A stretch of 64,000 nt of DNA from Deltaproteobacteria bacterium (GCA_046583355.1 JAYGCM010000010.1:1-64000); one strand, 5' to 3'. Counted from the stretch's first letter, positions 1 to 12,007 are shown. The notes: a model not told the origin generated them from the letters alone. Made by a program: numbers and translations.

Positions 1-1
1 C

Positions 2-1456
2 CCCCGCCAATCCGTGGTGCTGCGCGCGCTTCTCGCAGGTGCGGTCAGCCTGCATCGTCCGAGCGGACGTGTGGTTCTCCTCTCGTCTACTGCCGGAAAG
101 ACCGAGGTCATTGATGCCGCGAGCGGAGCGGCAATCGAAGAGGTCGACCCTGGCGATTTGAAACGCATCATCACCAACAACCGGATGCGCTCGGAGCTGC
201 GCCTGATTCTGGCGCGCCTCGATCTCGACGCCGAGGATCCCGCGATCCGTGCGGCTGCGGCCAAGCGGCTGATGGCAAAACCTTCCGACGCAGTGGCGCA
301 GATTTTCGCCGCGGCGCTCGGGCGCGAGCGCGACTCCGCGGTGGCCGACGTGCTGCACACGGGGATCGCCATCCACGAGCTTGACTCGGTAGACCGGGCC
401 CGTCGCCTCTCGGCAATAGAGGGGCTTCGCGGCAGCACGCATGCCGAAGCGCACCCGGCCCTGGAAGCCGTCGTGGCCAGGAGCGCGCCAGACGGTGCAG
501 AGCCCGATGCCGAACTCCATGCTGCGGCGACGGAGTCGATTGCCTCGATCGACAGGCAGCGAATGTTCTTCGGGATGTTGCAGACGACCTTCTTCGGCAT
601 CAGCCTCGGCATGGTCCTCGTCCTGGCGGCTGCCGGACTCGCGATCACTTTCGGCGTCATGGGCGTGATCAATATGGCGCATGGCGAATTCATGATGCTC
701 GGTGCCTACGCGACCTGGGTCGTACAAGAGGCGCTACCGGCTTATCCCGAAGCATTTCTCCTGATCGCAATTCCCGTGGCCTTCCTCACCTCAGGAACGG
801 CAGGGCTTGTACTCGAGCGTGGAGTCGTGCGCTTCCTGTACGGTCGGCCGCTTGAGACCCTGCTGGCGACGTTCGGCGTCAGCCTGCTCCTGCAGCAGGT
901 GGTGCGCAGCATCTTCTCTCCTTTGAACCGCGCCGTTTCGACCCCGGAGTGGATGAGCGGCCAGCTCGTCATCAACGATTATTTCGCGCTCACCTGGACG
1001 CGAATCTACATCATCCTTTTCGGCCTTCTGGTCTTTCTTCTTCTGGTTTTCATCCTGCAAGCCACCCGGCTCGGCTTGCAGATCCGCGCCGTTGCGCAGG
1101 ACCGTGAGACGGCCCGCGCATTGGGTGTGCGCGCAGACTGGATCGACGCCGCGACATTCGGGCTCGGTTCGGGCATCGCCGGACTCGCTGGCGTGGCACT
1201 CACGCAGCTCACCAACGTCGGTCCGAATCTCGGTCAGAGCTTCATCGTGGATTCGTTCATGGTCGTGGTTTTCGGCGGCGTAGGAAGTCTCTGGGGGACG
1301 TTGGTCTCCGGCCTGACTCTGGGCATTGGCAATAAATTTCTCGAACCCTGGGTGGGTGCCGTGCTCGCGAAAGTGATTGTGTTGGTCTTTTTGATTCTCT
1401 TCATCCAGAAACGCCCGCGCGGGCTCTTCCCGCAGCAAGGCCGTGCAGTCGAATGA
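2..1456 (+). CDS. urtB: Urea ABC transporter permease UrtB (5'-truncated by the window edge)
   Basis: Frame is open from base 2. Helical-repeat N-terminal region, then a BPD_transp_2 permease (GLAITFGVMGVINMAHGEF, YGRPLETLLATFG, GPNLGQSFIVDSF). Lies upstream of urtCDE and urease. Confidence 0.93.
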   Translation, partial: PRQSVVLRALLAGAVSLHRPSGRVVLLSSTAGKTEVIDAASGAAIEEVDPGDLKRIITNNRMRSELRLILARLDLDAEDPAIRAAAAKRLMAKPSDAVAQIFAAALGRERDSAVADVLHTGIAIHELDSVDRARRLSAIEGLRGSTHAEAHPALEAVVARSAPDGAEPDAELHAAATESIASIDRQRMFFGMLQTTFFGISLGMVLVLAAAGLAITFGVMGVINMAHGEFMMLGAYATWVVQEALPAYPEAFLLIAIPVAFLTSGTAGLVLERGVVRFLYGRPLETLLATFGVSLLLQQVVRSIFSPLNRAVSTPEWMSGQLVINDYFALTWTRIYIILFGLLVFLLLVFILQATRLGLQIRAVAQDRETARALGVRADWIDAATFGLGSGIAGLAGVALTQLTNVGPNLGQSFIVDSFMVVVFGGVGSLWGTLVSGLTLGIGNKFLEPWVGAVLAKVIVLVFLILFIQKRPRGLFPQQGRAVE

Positions 1457-2532
1457 AGGACGTCCTCGCACAGCTCTCCCGTCCCGATCGCGCCGTACTC
1501 GGCGCGCTGGCGCTGGTGGCGCTCTTCGGACCGATCGCCAACCTGGCACTTCCCCCGGACTCCATGTTCCACTTCTCGACCTTCGGGCTTACTCTTGTCG
1601 GCAAGTATCTATGCTTTGCGATGGTCGCGCTGGCGGTCGATCTCGTCTGGGGTTATTGCGGCATTCTCACGCTCGGCCATAGCGCCTTCTTCGCGCTCGG
1701 CGGCTACGCGATGGGCATGTACCTGATGCGCCAGATCGGCACGCGCGGGGTTTACGGCGACCCGCTGTTGCCCGATTTCATGGTCTTCCTGGATTGGCAG
1801 GAATTGCCCTGGTTCTGGTCGGGTTTCGACCACTTCGGCTACGCCCTGGCGATGGTGGTTCTGGTCCCGGGTGCGCTCGCCTTCGTCTTCGGCTGGTTTG
1901 CCTTCCGCTCGCGCGTCTCGGGCGTCTATCTCTCGATCATTACGCAGGCTCTGACATACGCGCTCTTGCTCGCGTTTTTTCGCAACGAGATGGGCCTCGG
2001 TGGCAACAACGGATTGACCGATTTCAAGGATATTCTCGGCTTCAGCCTGCAGGCGGATACGACGCGAGCCGCGCTCTTTGCGGTGGTCGCCGTCGTGCTC
2101 GGGTTGGTCTATTTCGTGTCGCGACTCCTCTGCGCGTCGCGCTACGGTCGCGTCGTCGTCGCGGTGCGCGATGCCGAAGACCGGGTGCGTTTCCTCGGAT
2201 ACCGCGTCGAATCCTACAAGCTGCTGATCTGGGTCTTTTCGGCAGTCGTCGCGGGCATTGCCGGCGCACTCTATGTTCCGCTTGTCGGGATCATCAATCC
2301 CAGTGAATTTGCGCCCCTGCGTGCAATCGAGTTCGTCGTTTGGGTTGCGATCGGCGGGCGCGGCACGCTCTATGGCGCGCTCGTGGGCGCGATCCTGGTG
2401 AACTTCACCAAGACGCAATTCACCAGTATCTTGCCCGAGGCATGGCTTTATATCCTCGGTGCCATCTTCGTGCTCGGCACCTTGCTCCTACCGCGCGGGA
2501 TCGTCGGCGTGTTCCGCTCGAGGTCACAATGA
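1453..2532 (+). CDS. urtC: Urea ABC transporter permease UrtC
   Basis: GKYLCFA, DLVWGYCGILTLGH, LPDFM, GGNNGLTDF motifs. ATGA overlap with urtB. Confidence 0.95.
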   Translation: MKDVLAQLSRPDRAVLGALALVALFGPIANLALPPDSMFHFSTFGLTLVGKYLCFAMVALAVDLVWGYCGILTLGHSAFFALGGYAMGMYLMRQIGTRGVYGDPLLPDFMVFLDWQELPWFWSGFDHFGYALAMVVLVPGALAFVFGWFAFRSRVSGVYLSIITQALTYALLLAFFRNEMGLGGNNGLTDFKDILGFSLQADTTRAALFAVVAVVLGLVYFVSRLLCASRYGRVVVAVRDAEDRVRFLGYRVESYKLLIWVFSAVVAGIAGALYVPLVGIINPSEFAPLRAIEFVVWVAIGGRGTLYGALVGAILVNFTKTQFTSILPEAWLYILGAIFVLGTLLLPRGIVGVFRSRSQ

Positions 2533-3323
2533 GCGGAGGGCCGACAGAGGTGGCTGCGGCCGACGCCCACGATCCGCTCCACGGAGCGGTGCTCTACGTC
2601 GAGGGCCTCACGGTGAGCTTTGACGGGTTCAAGGCGCTCAACGATCTCAGCCTTTATGTAGATCGCGGCGAGTTGCGTTGTATCATCGGACCCAACGGCG
2701 CGGGCAAGAGTACGCTGATGGATGTCGTCACCGGCAAGACTCGCCCGGATAGGGGGACGGCTCTTTTTGATCGCTCGCTCGATCTCCTGAAGATGAGCGA
2801 GGCGGAGATCGCGACGGCGGGCATCGGCCGAAAGTTTCAGAAACCGACCGTTTTCGAGGAGTTGCCGGTCTTTCTGAACCTGGAACTGGCGCTCTGTGGG
2901 CCCCGTAGCGTTTGGCCGAATCTGGTCGCGAAGCTCAGCGGCGCACAGCGCGACCGCATTGACGAGGTGCTCGAAACCATCGGGCTCGCAGAGCGGCGCG
3001 GCACCCATGCCCGCGTGCTCTCGCACGGGGAAAAACAATGGCTCGAAATCGGCATGCTTCTCATGCAGGAGCCCAAGCTGATGCTTGTCGATGAGCCGGT
3101 GGCCGGCATGTCGCAGCAAGAGACTGAACGCACGGCCGAGCTTCTTGTCTCGCTGGCCGGCGAGCGCTCGGTCGTCGTCGTGGAACACGATATGGAATTC
3201 GTTCGCTCGATCGCTCGCCGCGTGACGGTTCTGCACGAGGGGAGCGTCCTTGCCGAGGGAACGATGGAAGCCATTCAGAACGATCCCAAGGTGATCGAAG
3301 TCTATCTGGGGACGGAATGCTGA
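2529..3323 (+). CDS. urtD: Urea ABC transporter ATP-binding protein UrtD
   Basis: Walker A GPNGAGKS, GRKFQKP, LSHGEKQWLEIGM. Start moved to ATG 2529 (ATGA overlap with the urtC stop). Confidence 0.95.
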   Translation: MSGGPTEVAAADAHDPLHGAVLYVEGLTVSFDGFKALNDLSLYVDRGELRCIIGPNGAGKSTLMDVVTGKTRPDRGTALFDRSLDLLKMSEAEIATAGIGRKFQKPTVFEELPVFLNLELALCGPRSVWPNLVAKLSGAQRDRIDEVLETIGLAERRGTHARVLSHGEKQWLEIGMLLMQEPKLMLVDEPVAGMSQQETERTAELLVSLAGERSVVVVEHDMEFVRSIARRVTVLHEGSVLAEGTMEAIQNDPKVIEVYLGTEC

Positions 3324-4012
3324 GTCTTCGCGGCATCAACCAGTTCTACGGGGGGAGCCACACGCTATGGGATCTCGATCTGGACCTGGCCGAGGGCTCG
3401 TGCACCTGCCTGATGGGGCGCAATGGCGTGGGCAAGACGACGACCCTGAAATGCATCATGGGCCTGCTGCCGCTGCGCTCGGGCGAGATCCGCCTGGACG
3501 AGATCGACCTGGCAGCGCTTCCGGCGCATGCACGGGCACCCAGGGGGATCGGCTATGTCCCGCAGGGGAGGCATATCTTTCCGCGTTTGACAGTAGAGGA
3601 AAACCTCAAAATCGGGTTCTCGGTCAACGGCGGTGCGCGTGGCCGGCGCGCCTATGATCGTGTTCTCAAGGCGTTTCCGGTGCTGCGCGACATGCTGGGC
3701 CGCCGTGGTGGTGACCTCTCGGGGGGCCAGCAGCAGCAGCTCGCGGTCGGGCGTGCGCTCATCCTCGAACCCCGCCTGCTCATCCTGGACGAGCCCACCG
3801 AGGGGATCCAGCCGAGCATCGTGCAGGAGATAGGCGACATGATCCGTCGGCTCAATGACGACGGCATCACGATCCTGTTGGTCGAGCAGAAGTTGCCGAT
3901 TGCCCGCCGGGTTGCGGATCAGTTCTGTATCCTCGACAAGGGGCAGGTGGTGGCGGAAGGTTCGATTGCCGAGCTCAGTGACGATATCGTTCGTAGTCAT
4001 CTCACAGTCTGA
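3317..4012 (+). CDS. urtE: Urea ABC transporter ATP-binding protein UrtE
   Basis: GRNGVGKTT, YVPQGR, LSGGQQQQLA, LDEPTEGIQPS. Confidence 0.95.
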   Translation: MLSLRGINQFYGGSHTLWDLDLDLAEGSCTCLMGRNGVGKTTTLKCIMGLLPLRSGEIRLDEIDLAALPAHARAPRGIGYVPQGRHIFPRLTVEENLKIGFSVNGGARGRRAYDRVLKAFPVLRDMLGRRGGDLSGGQQQQLAVGRALILEPRLLILDEPTEGIQPSIVQEIGDMIRRLNDDGITILLVEQKLPIARRVADQFCILDKGQVVAEGSIAELSDDIVRSHLTV

Positions 4013-4017
4013 GGATC

Positions 4018-4875
4018 ATGCACGCAGCGTCGGCAAGTAAAGAGGATCTCGCGTTGGGCGCAAGGGCGGCAACGTCCGGCTGGCAGGCCGAACTCGCGCT
4101 GCGCTTTGCGCGCAATGGCCGGGGTACGCGGCTGGTCGGCAGGCAGCATCGTGGCCCCTTGCTGGTGCAGCGGCCCTTCTATCCAGAGGGGCCCGATATC
4201 TGTCATACGGTGATTCTGCACCCACCGGCCGGGATCGTCGGCGGCGACGAATTGCGTGTTCAAGTGCAACTCGATGCGGATGCCCACACGCTGATCACCA
4301 CGCCGGCGGCGACGCGCTGGTATTTCAGCCGCGGGATTCCGGCCCGCCTCGAACAGCATGCTCGCGTCGCCGACGGAGCCATACTCGAATGGCTGCCCCA
4401 GGAAACGCTGGTCTTCGACGGCGCCTACGCCGCGATGCAAACCCGCATCGACCTGGCCCGGGGTGCGCGCTTTCTGGCCTGGGAGATGCTGGGCCTTGGT
4501 CGGCCCGCCTGCGGCGAGGTATTGCGCTCGGGGCGAACGGATTTCCGCTTCGAGATCTTCCGCGACGCGCAGCCTCTGCTGCTGGAGCGCTGGAGTTTCG
4601 ACGGCGGTGAGCCGGCAGGGCTGATGGGCCATACGGCCTGGGCGACGCTCTTGGCATCGCCCGCAGGCGACGCTGAACTCAAAGCTGCCCGGACGGCGCT
4701 GGCGGCCGCCGGTGCGGGTATTCGCGCGGCGACCTTGCAGCGCGACGTGCTGGTGGTGCGCGCACTCGCCGCCGGAACCGGGGCGCTGCGCGGGTTGATG
4801 GCCTCTTTGTGGGAGGCACTCCGGCCGCTCATCATAGGGCGCCCGGCGGTACGTCCACGCATCTGGGATACCTGA
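4018..4875 (+). CDS. ureD: Urease accessory protein UreD
   Basis: GPLLVQRPFYPEG, LHPPAGIVGGD, TTPAAT, LEWLPQE, C-terminal PRIW. Confidence 0.95.
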   Translation: MHAASASKEDLALGARAATSGWQAELALRFARNGRGTRLVGRQHRGPLLVQRPFYPEGPDICHTVILHPPAGIVGGDELRVQVQLDADAHTLITTPAATRWYFSRGIPARLEQHARVADGAILEWLPQETLVFDGAYAAMQTRIDLARGARFLAWEMLGLGRPACGEVLRSGRTDFRFEIFRDAQPLLLERWSFDGGEPAGLMGHTAWATLLASPAGDAELKAARTALAAAGAGIRAATLQRDVLVVRALAAGTGALRGLMASLWEALRPLIIGRPAVRPRIWDT

Positions 4876-4903
4876 GAAGAGTCAACACAGGGAGGAATGA
4901 ATC

Positions 4904-5206
4904 GTGCAATTATCACCTCGAGAGAAGGACAAGCTCTTGCTCTTCACGGCCGCTTTGGTGGCGGAGCGGCGGCGCGAGCGCGGGCTCAAGCTCAACTATC
5001 CCGAGGCCATCGCGCTGATCAGCGCGGCGGTCGTCGAAGGCGCGCGCGATGGGCGGACGGTCGCCGAATTGATGGACTACGGCACCACGATCCTGGGTCC
5101 GGATGACGTGATGGACGGGATCGCCGAGATGATTGACGAGGTGCAGGTGGAGGCAACTTTCCCCGACGGCACCAAGCTGGTCACGGTGCACGACCCGATC
5201 GCATGA
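4904..5206 (+). CDS. ureA: Urease gamma subunit
   Basis: [35 protein letters not shown] start with GGAGG upstream. Confidence 0.98.
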   Translation: MQLSPREKDKLLLFTAALVAERRRERGLKLNYPEAIALISAAVVEGARDGRTVAELMDYGTTILGPDDVMDGIAEMIDEVQVEATFPDGTKLVTVHDPIA

Positions 5207-5222
5207 GCAAGGAGCAAGAACA

Positions 5223-5540
5223 ATGAAGCCGGGTGAAATTCTGGTCGCAGAAGGTGAGATCGTGCTCAACGAGGGGCGTGAAACCTGCAAGGTGGAGGTT
5301 GCGAATACCGGTGACCGCCCCGTGCAGGTCGGCTCCCATTACCATTTCTTTGAAACCAATACGGCCCTGCGGTTCGATCGCCCGGCCGCGCGTGGATTCC
5401 GGCTGAACATTCCGGCCGGCACGGCCGTTCGCTTCGAGCCGGGGCAGGTGCGCGAGGTCGAGTTGGTGGCGATCGGCGGAGATCGACGCATCTTCGGCTT
5501 CCGCGGGCAGATCATGGGCGATCTCGAGGAGCCCTCATGA
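5223..5540 (+). CDS. ureB: Urease beta subunit
   Basis: [38 protein letters not shown] 5223 follows AAGGAG. Confidence 0.98.
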   Translation: MKPGEILVAEGEIVLNEGRETCKVEVANTGDRPVQVGSHYHFFETNTALRFDRPAARGFRLNIPAGTAVRFEPGQVREVELVAIGGDRRIFGFRGQIMGDLEEPS

Positions 5541-7240
5541 GGAAAATTTCGCGTCAGGCATATGCCGAGCTCTACGGTCCGACGGTTGGCGATCGTGTCC
5601 GTCTGGCGGATACCGAACTCTTCGTCGAGGTCGAAAAGGACCATACCTCCTACGGCGACGAGGTGAGCTTCGGAGGCGGCAAGGTGATCCGCGACGGGAT
5701 GGGCCAGAGCCAGAGAATCAGCGCGGATGCCGTCGACCTGGTTCTGACCAATGCCCTGATCATCGACCATTGGGGTATCGTCAAGGCCGATATCGGCGTG
5801 AAAGATGGGCGGATCGCCGCAATCGGCAAGGCGGGCAACCCCGATACGCAAGATGGTGTCGATATCGTCCTGGGACCATGCACCGAGGTTCTGGCGGCCG
5901 AAGGCAAGATCGTGACAGCAGGGGCCCTCGATGCGCATATCCACTTCATCTGCCCACAGCAGGTCGAGGAGGCACTTGCCTCGGGCGTCACCACGATGCT
6001 CGGTGGTGGTACGGGGCCGGCCACGGGCACCAACGCGACGACCTGTACGCCGGGGCCGTGGAATATCCACCGAATGCTCGAAGCGGCCGATGCCCTGCCG
6101 ATGAATCTCGGTTTTCTCGGCAAGGGAAATGCGAGCCTGCCGGCGGCGCTCGAGGAGCAACTCGAAGCCGGCGCGATGGGACTCAAGCTGCACGAGGATT
6201 GGGGTACGACACCGTCGGCGATCGACAATTGCCTCTCGGTTGCCGAGCGCTACGACGTGCAGGTGGCGATCCATACCGACACGCTCAACGAGTCGGGCTT
6301 CGTGGAGGATACCCTGGCGGCGATCGGTGATCGGGCGATCCATACCTACCACACTGAAGGCGCCGGCGGCGGTCATGCGCCGGACATCATCCGTGCCTGC
6401 GGCGAGGCGAATATCCTGCCGTCCAGTACCAACCCGACGCGACCCTATACCGTGAACACGATCGATGAACATCTCGATATGCTCATGGTCTGCCACCATC
6501 TCTCTCCTTCGATTCCCGAAGACGTGGCGTTCGCCGAGTCGCGTATCCGGCGCGAGACAATTGCGGCCGAGGATATTCTGCATGACCTCGGCGCTTTTTC
6601 GATGATTGCTTCGGACTCGCAGGCGATGGGGCGCGTGGGCGAGGTGATCTGCCGTACCTGGCAGACGGCGCATAAGATGAAGGTGCAGCGCGGCAGCCTG
6701 GATGGCGATCCGGCTCGCCATGACAACGGCCGTGTCAAGCGCTATATAGCGAAATATACGATCAACCCGGCGCTCACCCACGGGATTGCGCATGAGGTCG
6801 GATCGATCGAGAAGGGGAAGCTGGCCGACCTGGTTCTGTGGGACCCTGCCTTTTTCGGCGTGAAGCCGAGTGTGATCGTCAAAGGGGGCTTGATCATCGC
6901 AGCCACGATGGGAGATCCGAATGCATCGATTCCCACGCCGCAGCCGGTGCATTTTCGACCGATGTTCGGCTCCCTCGGCCGCGCGCGCAACTCGACCTGT
7001 ACCACCTTTGTCTCCGCGGCGGCGCGCCGGGCTGGTGTCCCGGAGGCATTGCGGCTGCAGAACCGTATTGTCGAGGTCCGCGACACGCGCGCCATTCGCA
7101 AGAAGGATCTGATCCACAACAGCTGGCAGCCGCGGATCGAGGTCGACTCGCGGACCTACGAGGTGCGCGCCGATGGCGAGCTGCTCACCTGTGAACCGGC
7201 AACCGAGCTGCCCCTGGCGCAGCGCTACTTTCTTTTCTGA
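5537..7240 (+). CDS. ureC: Urease alpha subunit
   Basis: Nickel-site motifs [36 protein letters not shown] and flap MVCHHL. Ends LAQRYFLF. Confidence 0.99.
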   Translation: MRKISRQAYAELYGPTVGDRVRLADTELFVEVEKDHTSYGDEVSFGGGKVIRDGMGQSQRISADAVDLVLTNALIIDHWGIVKADIGVKDGRIAAIGKAGNPDTQDGVDIVLGPCTEVLAAEGKIVTAGALDAHIHFICPQQVEEALASGVTTMLGGGTGPATGTNATTCTPGPWNIHRMLEAADALPMNLGFLGKGNASLPAALEEQLEAGAMGLKLHEDWGTTPSAIDNCLSVAERYDVQVAIHTDTLNESGFVEDTLAAIGDRAIHTYHTEGAGGGHAPDIIRACGEANILPSSTNPTRPYTVNTIDEHLDMLMVCHHLSPSIPEDVAFAESRIRRETIAAEDILHDLGAFSMIASDSQAMGRVGEVICRTWQTAHKMKVQRGSLDGDPARHDNGRVKRYIAKYTINPALTHGIAHEVGSIEKGKLADLVLWDPAFFGVKPSVIVKGGLIIAATMGDPNASIPTPQPVHFRPMFGSLGRARNSTCTTFVSAAARRAGVPEALRLQNRIVEVRDTRAIRKKDLIHNSWQPRIEVDSRTYEVRADGELLTCEPATELPLAQRYFLF

Positions 7241-7252
7241 GATTGAGGATTG

Positions 7253-7723
7253 ATGCTGAACCTGACGGAAAAATGTGCCGCGACGAAGGCGTTCGACAGG
7301 ACGCTTACCTTGTCGTTCGAGCGCAGGCAGAAGAGCCGGCAACGTGTCCGCCTCGATGACGGCGGCGAGGCCGCGATCGTACTCGCTCCGGGCTTGTCGC
7401 TGGCCGAAGGTGACCATCTGCGCGCGAGTGACGGCACGATCGTTCGGGTGCATGCCGGCCCCGAGGCGGTGACGGTTGCCTGTGCGGGGGATCCTCTTTT
7501 GCTTGCGCGTGCCTGCTACCATCTCGGCAACCGCCACGTCGCTTTGCAGGTCGGCGAGGGCTGGGTGCGCTATCAGCCTGATCACGTCCTGGATGCGATG
7601 GTCGTGGGGCTCGGGCTCGCGGTGACGCATGAGAATCTGCCCTTCGAGCCCGAGGGGGGTGCCTACGGTGGACAGCGCTTGGGCGGCAACGAGGGGCATA
7701 ACCATGCGCACGGCCATGGGTGA
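7253..7723 (+). CDS. ureE: Urease nickel chaperone UreE
   Basis: RQKSRQR, YHLGNRH, FEPEGGAY and a short His-rich tail HNHAHGHG. Confidence 0.95.
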   Translation: MLNLTEKCAATKAFDRTLTLSFERRQKSRQRVRLDDGGEAAIVLAPGLSLAEGDHLRASDGTIVRVHAGPEAVTVACAGDPLLLARACYHLGNRHVALQVGEGWVRYQPDHVLDAMVVGLGLAVTHENLPFEPEGGAYGGQRLGGNEGHNHAHGHG

Positions 7724-8393
7724 CCCCGGGACACCGCTGGTGCGGATGTTGCAACTTGCCAGTGCCGCTCTCCCGGTCGGTTCGTTCGCGTATTCGCAGG
7801 GGCTCGAATTTGCTGTCGAGGCACAGTGGGTGGTCGATGAGGCGAGTCTCGAGCGCTGGCTTGCCGAGCAGATGCGCTACGGGGTCGCCCGCGTCGATCT
7901 GCCGATGCTGGCGCGATTGATCGCGGCGACGCGCCGCGGAGATCGCCCGGAGCAAGCCCGGCTCGGCGCGACGCTGATTGCGATGCGTGAGACGAGTGAG
8001 CTGGTCGCCGACGATTGCGCACGCGGGCGCGCGCTTGCGCGCCTGCTCGGTGATCTCGATGTGGCCGGCGCCCGCTTCTGGCTGGACCAGGCGGAGATCC
8101 CCTATGCCGGGCCGATGGCCGCCGCTTTTGTCGCCTTCGATATCGCTTTGTCGCCCGCGCTCGAGATCTACGCTTGGAGTTGGCTGGAGAATCAGATCCT
8201 GGCCGGCGTGAAACTGGTCCCGCTCGGTCAGGTGGCCGGCCAGCGACTCCTCCTTGAACTGGGCGGCGGGATCGCGGAATTATGCACCGAGGCGCTGGGG
8301 CGCGGCGACGAAGAATTGGGTGGCACGTTGCCGATCGTGGCGCTCGCGAGCAGCCTGCATGAGACGCAATACACGCGCCTCTTTCGTTCGTGA
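7716..8393 (+). CDS. ureF: Urease accessory protein UreF
   Basis: LPVGSFAYSQGLE, VKLVPLGQ, HETQYTRLFRS. Start set at ATG 7716. Confidence 0.95.
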   Translation: MGDPGTPLVRMLQLASAALPVGSFAYSQGLEFAVEAQWVVDEASLERWLAEQMRYGVARVDLPMLARLIAATRRGDRPEQARLGATLIAMRETSELVADDCARGRALARLLGDLDVAGARFWLDQAEIPYAGPMAAAFVAFDIALSPALEIYAWSWLENQILAGVKLVPLGQVAGQRLLLELGGGIAELCTEALGRGDEELGGTLPIVALASSLHETQYTRLFRS

Positions 8394-8420
8394 CGGTTGA
8401 ACAAGAAGGAGAATCATCGA

Positions 8421-9043
<623 letters not shown>

Positions 9044-9044
<1 letters not shown>

Positions 9045-9184
9045 TGAAGAGGCTTCTGCTGGTTCTGGCCTGCCGCGAGGCGACCGGAACCCACGCGGCC
9101 TATCTGGAATGTCTCGAAGCGCGCGGTACCTGGGTTCTCGAAACGGACGAGGCGGCTGCGCGCGCGGGCCTCGATGTGTGGTAG
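9044..9184 (+). other. Small 46-aa ORF coupled to ureG; possible gene remnant
   Basis: TGATG overlap with the ureG stop. Begins MKRLLLVLAC, like a signal peptide. Below the ORF-track length cutoff. Confidence 0.3.
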
Positions 9185-9315
9185 CAGGGATCGCGTAGAG
9201 GTATCTCAAGGCGATTTTCAGCCTGCGGATGCGGCGCTATGAATTCCAGATGGTCCCGCCCTTTTCTCGGACGCGTGTTCTGGTGTAGTTCATCTCAAGA
9301 GGAGCGAGGTGCGGA

Positions 9316-9690
9316 ATGGAGTCCAACGATCATCGACCATTGGCGGCGCTTGGGCATGCGTTGATGACGGCCTCCGCGGTGTCGGCTGCGGCGAAGCGTC
9401 TTGAGGCGGTCGGTCTGCGAGCAATCGAGGTTCGCGGAGATTTTGCGGTGCTGGAGCTGCGCGGGGGGACGCATATCATCATTACGACGGACGATTCCGG
9501 GGCGATCTGCGAGGCCCCCTTCGATCTGATGTACGACGATATCGACGCGGCCCACAGGCTATTTGCTGCCAGCGGCTTTGTCGTGGAGGCAGTCTCACGG
9601 GCCAGATTTCATGATTCATTTTCGGCCTCTGCTCCCGAGGGCTTCCGCGTCAAGGTGAACTCCTCACACGCAAGCGGCCAGCCGGTTTGA
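9316..9690 (+). CDS. VOC/glyoxalase-like protein
   Basis: 124 aa with a paired beta-alpha-beta pattern (GH, AVLELRGGTH, FDLMYDDIDAAH, HDSF, APEG). GAGGT RBS upstream. Confidence 0.7.
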   Translation: MESNDHRPLAALGHALMTASAVSAAAKRLEAVGLRAIEVRGDFAVLELRGGTHIIITTDDSGAICEAPFDLMYDDIDAAHRLFAASGFVVEAVSRARFHDSFSASAPEGFRVKVNSSHASGQPV

Positions 9691-9806
9691 ATTTTTGGTA
9701 GATCCGCGTGCCGGGCGGAAGCTGGCCGGGGATTGATTTCCGGCCGGTTTCGCGGGAGATGAAGAGGGAGCGGCGCCCGCCAGGTGGGGGTGCGAAGGAG
9801 GGGTGG

Positions 9807-10367
9807 TTGCGGGTTCTGGGAATTGATCCGGGTTCGAGGCTTACGGGGTTTGGTGTGGTCGAGCAGCAGGGGCGCGCTTTGCGCGCGCTTGCGCATGGGG
9901 TCGTTCGGCCCGGCGCCGGCGATCTGGCTGCGCGGCTGGCTTCCCTGGTCAGCGGAATCGAGGCGGTTGTCGAGGAATGGCAGCCCGAGGTGATTGCGCT
10001 TGAATGTGCCTTTGTCGGCAAGAGTATGTCGAGCGCGCTGCGGCTGGGCGAGGTGCGCGGTGCGTTTCTCGCTTTTGCCGGTGGGCGTGGCCTGCCGGTT
10101 TTCGACTATCCGCCTGCCACCGTGAAGCTCACGGTGGCGGGTATCGGCAATGCCACCAAGGCAGTCGTGGCCCGGGCGGTTGCGGGAACGCTCGGTGGTA
10201 GCCACGATCCTGGGGATGCCGCCGATGCCCTCGCTGTCGCCCTTTGCCATCTTCAGCAGGGGAGCTTTCGCTCTCGCGTCGTTGAGGTCGGGCCGCGCCG
10301 CGGCCGGATCCAACAAGCCGCCTCGCGCCTGCCGCCCGGAGCCCGCTTTGTCCGCGTGTCGCGCTGA
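9807..10367 (+). CDS. ruvC: Holliday junction resolvase RuvC
   Basis: RVLGIDPGSRLTGFG, ALE, G-N-A-T-K, DAADALAVALCH. TTG 9807 follows GAAGGAG. Confidence 0.93.
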   Translation: MRVLGIDPGSRLTGFGVVEQQGRALRALAHGVVRPGAGDLAARLASLVSGIEAVVEEWQPEVIALECAFVGKSMSSALRLGEVRGAFLAFAGGRGLPVFDYPPATVKLTVAGIGNATKAVVARAVAGTLGGSHDPGDAADALAVALCHLQQGSFRSRVVEVGPRRGRIQQAASRLPPGARFVRVSR

Positions 10368-10382
10368 GTCGGGAGGCCCCTC

Positions 10383-10976
10383 TTGATCGGCGGCCTGCGC
10401 GGCAAGGTCGCGCGCAAAAGCCCGGGGCTTGTGCTGGTCGATTGCGGCGGCGTGCTCTACGAGGTCACGGTCTCTTTGCAGGCCTTCGCGGCTTTGCCGG
10501 CGGCGGGCGAGGCAGTCGAGATCGATATCATCACGCATGTGCGCGAAGACGTCCTGCAACTCTTCGGCTTTCTCGACGCGGCTGAGAAGACGGTTTTTCA
10601 TTGGCTGCGCTCGGTCAGCGGGGTCGGGCCGAAGCTCGCGATGAATATCCTCTCCGGCATGCCGGCGGCCGAAATCTGTGCGGCGCTTGCTGAGGGCGAG
10701 GCCGCGCGTCTGGTCAAGATTCCCGGGGTCGGCAAGAAGGTCTCCGAGCGTCTCGTGATGGAGCTGCGCGAGCGAGCGGCCAAGAGCGACCTGGCGGCCG
10801 AGGTCGGCGTTGCTGGAGATGCCGACGGGCGGGGGCCGGCGGATGAAGAGGCTCTCTCGGTTTTGGTGAATCTCGGCTACAAGAAGGCCGAGGCAGAGCG
10901 CGTCCTCCGGGCCGTGCCCAAGGGGCTCCCCCTCGAGGAGCTGCTGCGGGAGGCGCTGCGTGGTTTCGCGAAATGA
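10383..10976 (+). CDS. ruvA: Holliday junction branch migration protein RuvA
   Basis: MIGGLRG, HVRED, HhH motifs VSGVGPK and IPGVGKK, LVNLGY. Confidence 0.97.
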   Translation: MIGGLRGKVARKSPGLVLVDCGGVLYEVTVSLQAFAALPAAGEAVEIDIITHVREDVLQLFGFLDAAEKTVFHWLRSVSGVGPKLAMNILSGMPAAEICAALAEGEAARLVKIPGVGKKVSERLVMELRERAAKSDLAAEVGVAGDADGRGPADEEALSVLVNLGYKKAEAERVLRAVPKGLPLEELLREALRGFAK

Positions 10977-12007
10977 GCGAAGATTCGGAAGAAAGAGCGG
11001 TAGCGCCTGAAGAAGGCGATGCGGAGGTCTCCTTTGAGGCCTCGTTGCGGCCCGAGACTCTGCGCGATTATGTCGGCCAGGATCCCATCTGCGAGCGGCT
11101 CGGGGTGGCGATCGAGGCGGCGCGCAAACGCGGGGACGCGCTCGACCATATCCTTCTGGCCGGGCCACCGGGGCTGGGCAAGACCTCGCTGGCGCAGATC
11201 ATCGCGCGCGAGATGGGGGTTGCGTGCCGGCGCACGCAGGGGCCGGCCATTGAGCGCGGCGGCGATCTCGCGGCATTGCTCTCGGACCTGCAGGCGGGCG
11301 ACGTTCTTTTTATTGATGAGATTCACGGTCTGTCGAGCAAGATCGAAGAGATTCTCTACCCGGCCATGGAAGATTTCGAGCTCGACCTGATCGTCGGGCA
11401 GGGGCCTTCGGCGCGCAGTATGCGGCTCAAGCTGCAGCCCTTCACGCTGGTGGGTGCGACGACGCGCTCGGGTAGCCTGAATGCGCCGCTGCGCGATCGC
11501 TTCGGTACGAGCTTTCGGCTCGAGTTCTACGATACCGACTCGCTGGCGAAGATCGTCCAGCGTTCGGCCGGGATTCTGCGCCTGGATCTTGCGCCCGACG
11601 GTGCCTATGAAATCGCGCGGCGCTCGCGCGGTACGCCGCGCATCGCCAATAGGCACCTCAAATGGGTGCGGGATTTTTCTCAGGTACACCACGATGGCGC
11701 GAAGGTCTCGGCGCAGATCGCCTCGGACGCACTCTTGCTGCACCAGGTCGATGCCTCCGGGCTCGACACGATGGATCATGCCATCCTGCGCGTGATCGTC
11801 GAGCGTTTCGATGGCGGGCCGGTGGGCATCGAGAGCCTCGCCGCGATGCTGGCCGAGGCGCGCGAGACGATCGAATACGTCTATGAGCCATTTCTTGTGC
11901 AACGCGGCTATCTCGCGCGGACGCCGCGCGGTCGGGTCGCCACGGCGATGGCCTACGAGCTGCTGGGGCTGGATGCGCCACCGCCGGGGCAGGGGCGGCT
12001 GCTTTGA
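10973..12007 (+). CDS. ruvB: Holliday junction DNA helicase RuvB
   Basis: [42 protein letters not shown]. Confidence 0.98.
   Translation: MSEDSEERAVAPEEGDAEVSFEASLRPETLRDYVGQDPICERLGVAIEAARKRGDALDHILLAGPPGLGKTSLAQIIAREMGVACRRTQGPAIERGGDLAALLSDLQAGDVLFIDEIHGLSSKIEEILYPAMEDFELDLIVGQGPSARSMRLKLQPFTLVGATTRSGSLNAPLRDRFGTSFRLEFYDTDSLAKIVQRSAGILRLDLAPDGAYEIARRSRGTPRIANRHLKWVRDFSQVHHDGAKVSAQIASDALLLHQVDASGLDTMDHAILRVIVERFDGGPVGIESLAAMLAEARETIEYVYEPFLVQRGYLARTPRGRVATAMAYELLGLDAPPPGQGRLL

Noticed and set aside
5339..7717. 792-aa minus-strand ORF over the urease genes
   Set aside because: Antisense shadow of ureBCE caused by high-GC codon bias; no recognisable motifs.
10255..10367. Arg-rich C-terminal tail on RuvC
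   Set aside because: Variable basic tails are common in RuvC; no evidence of an extra domain.
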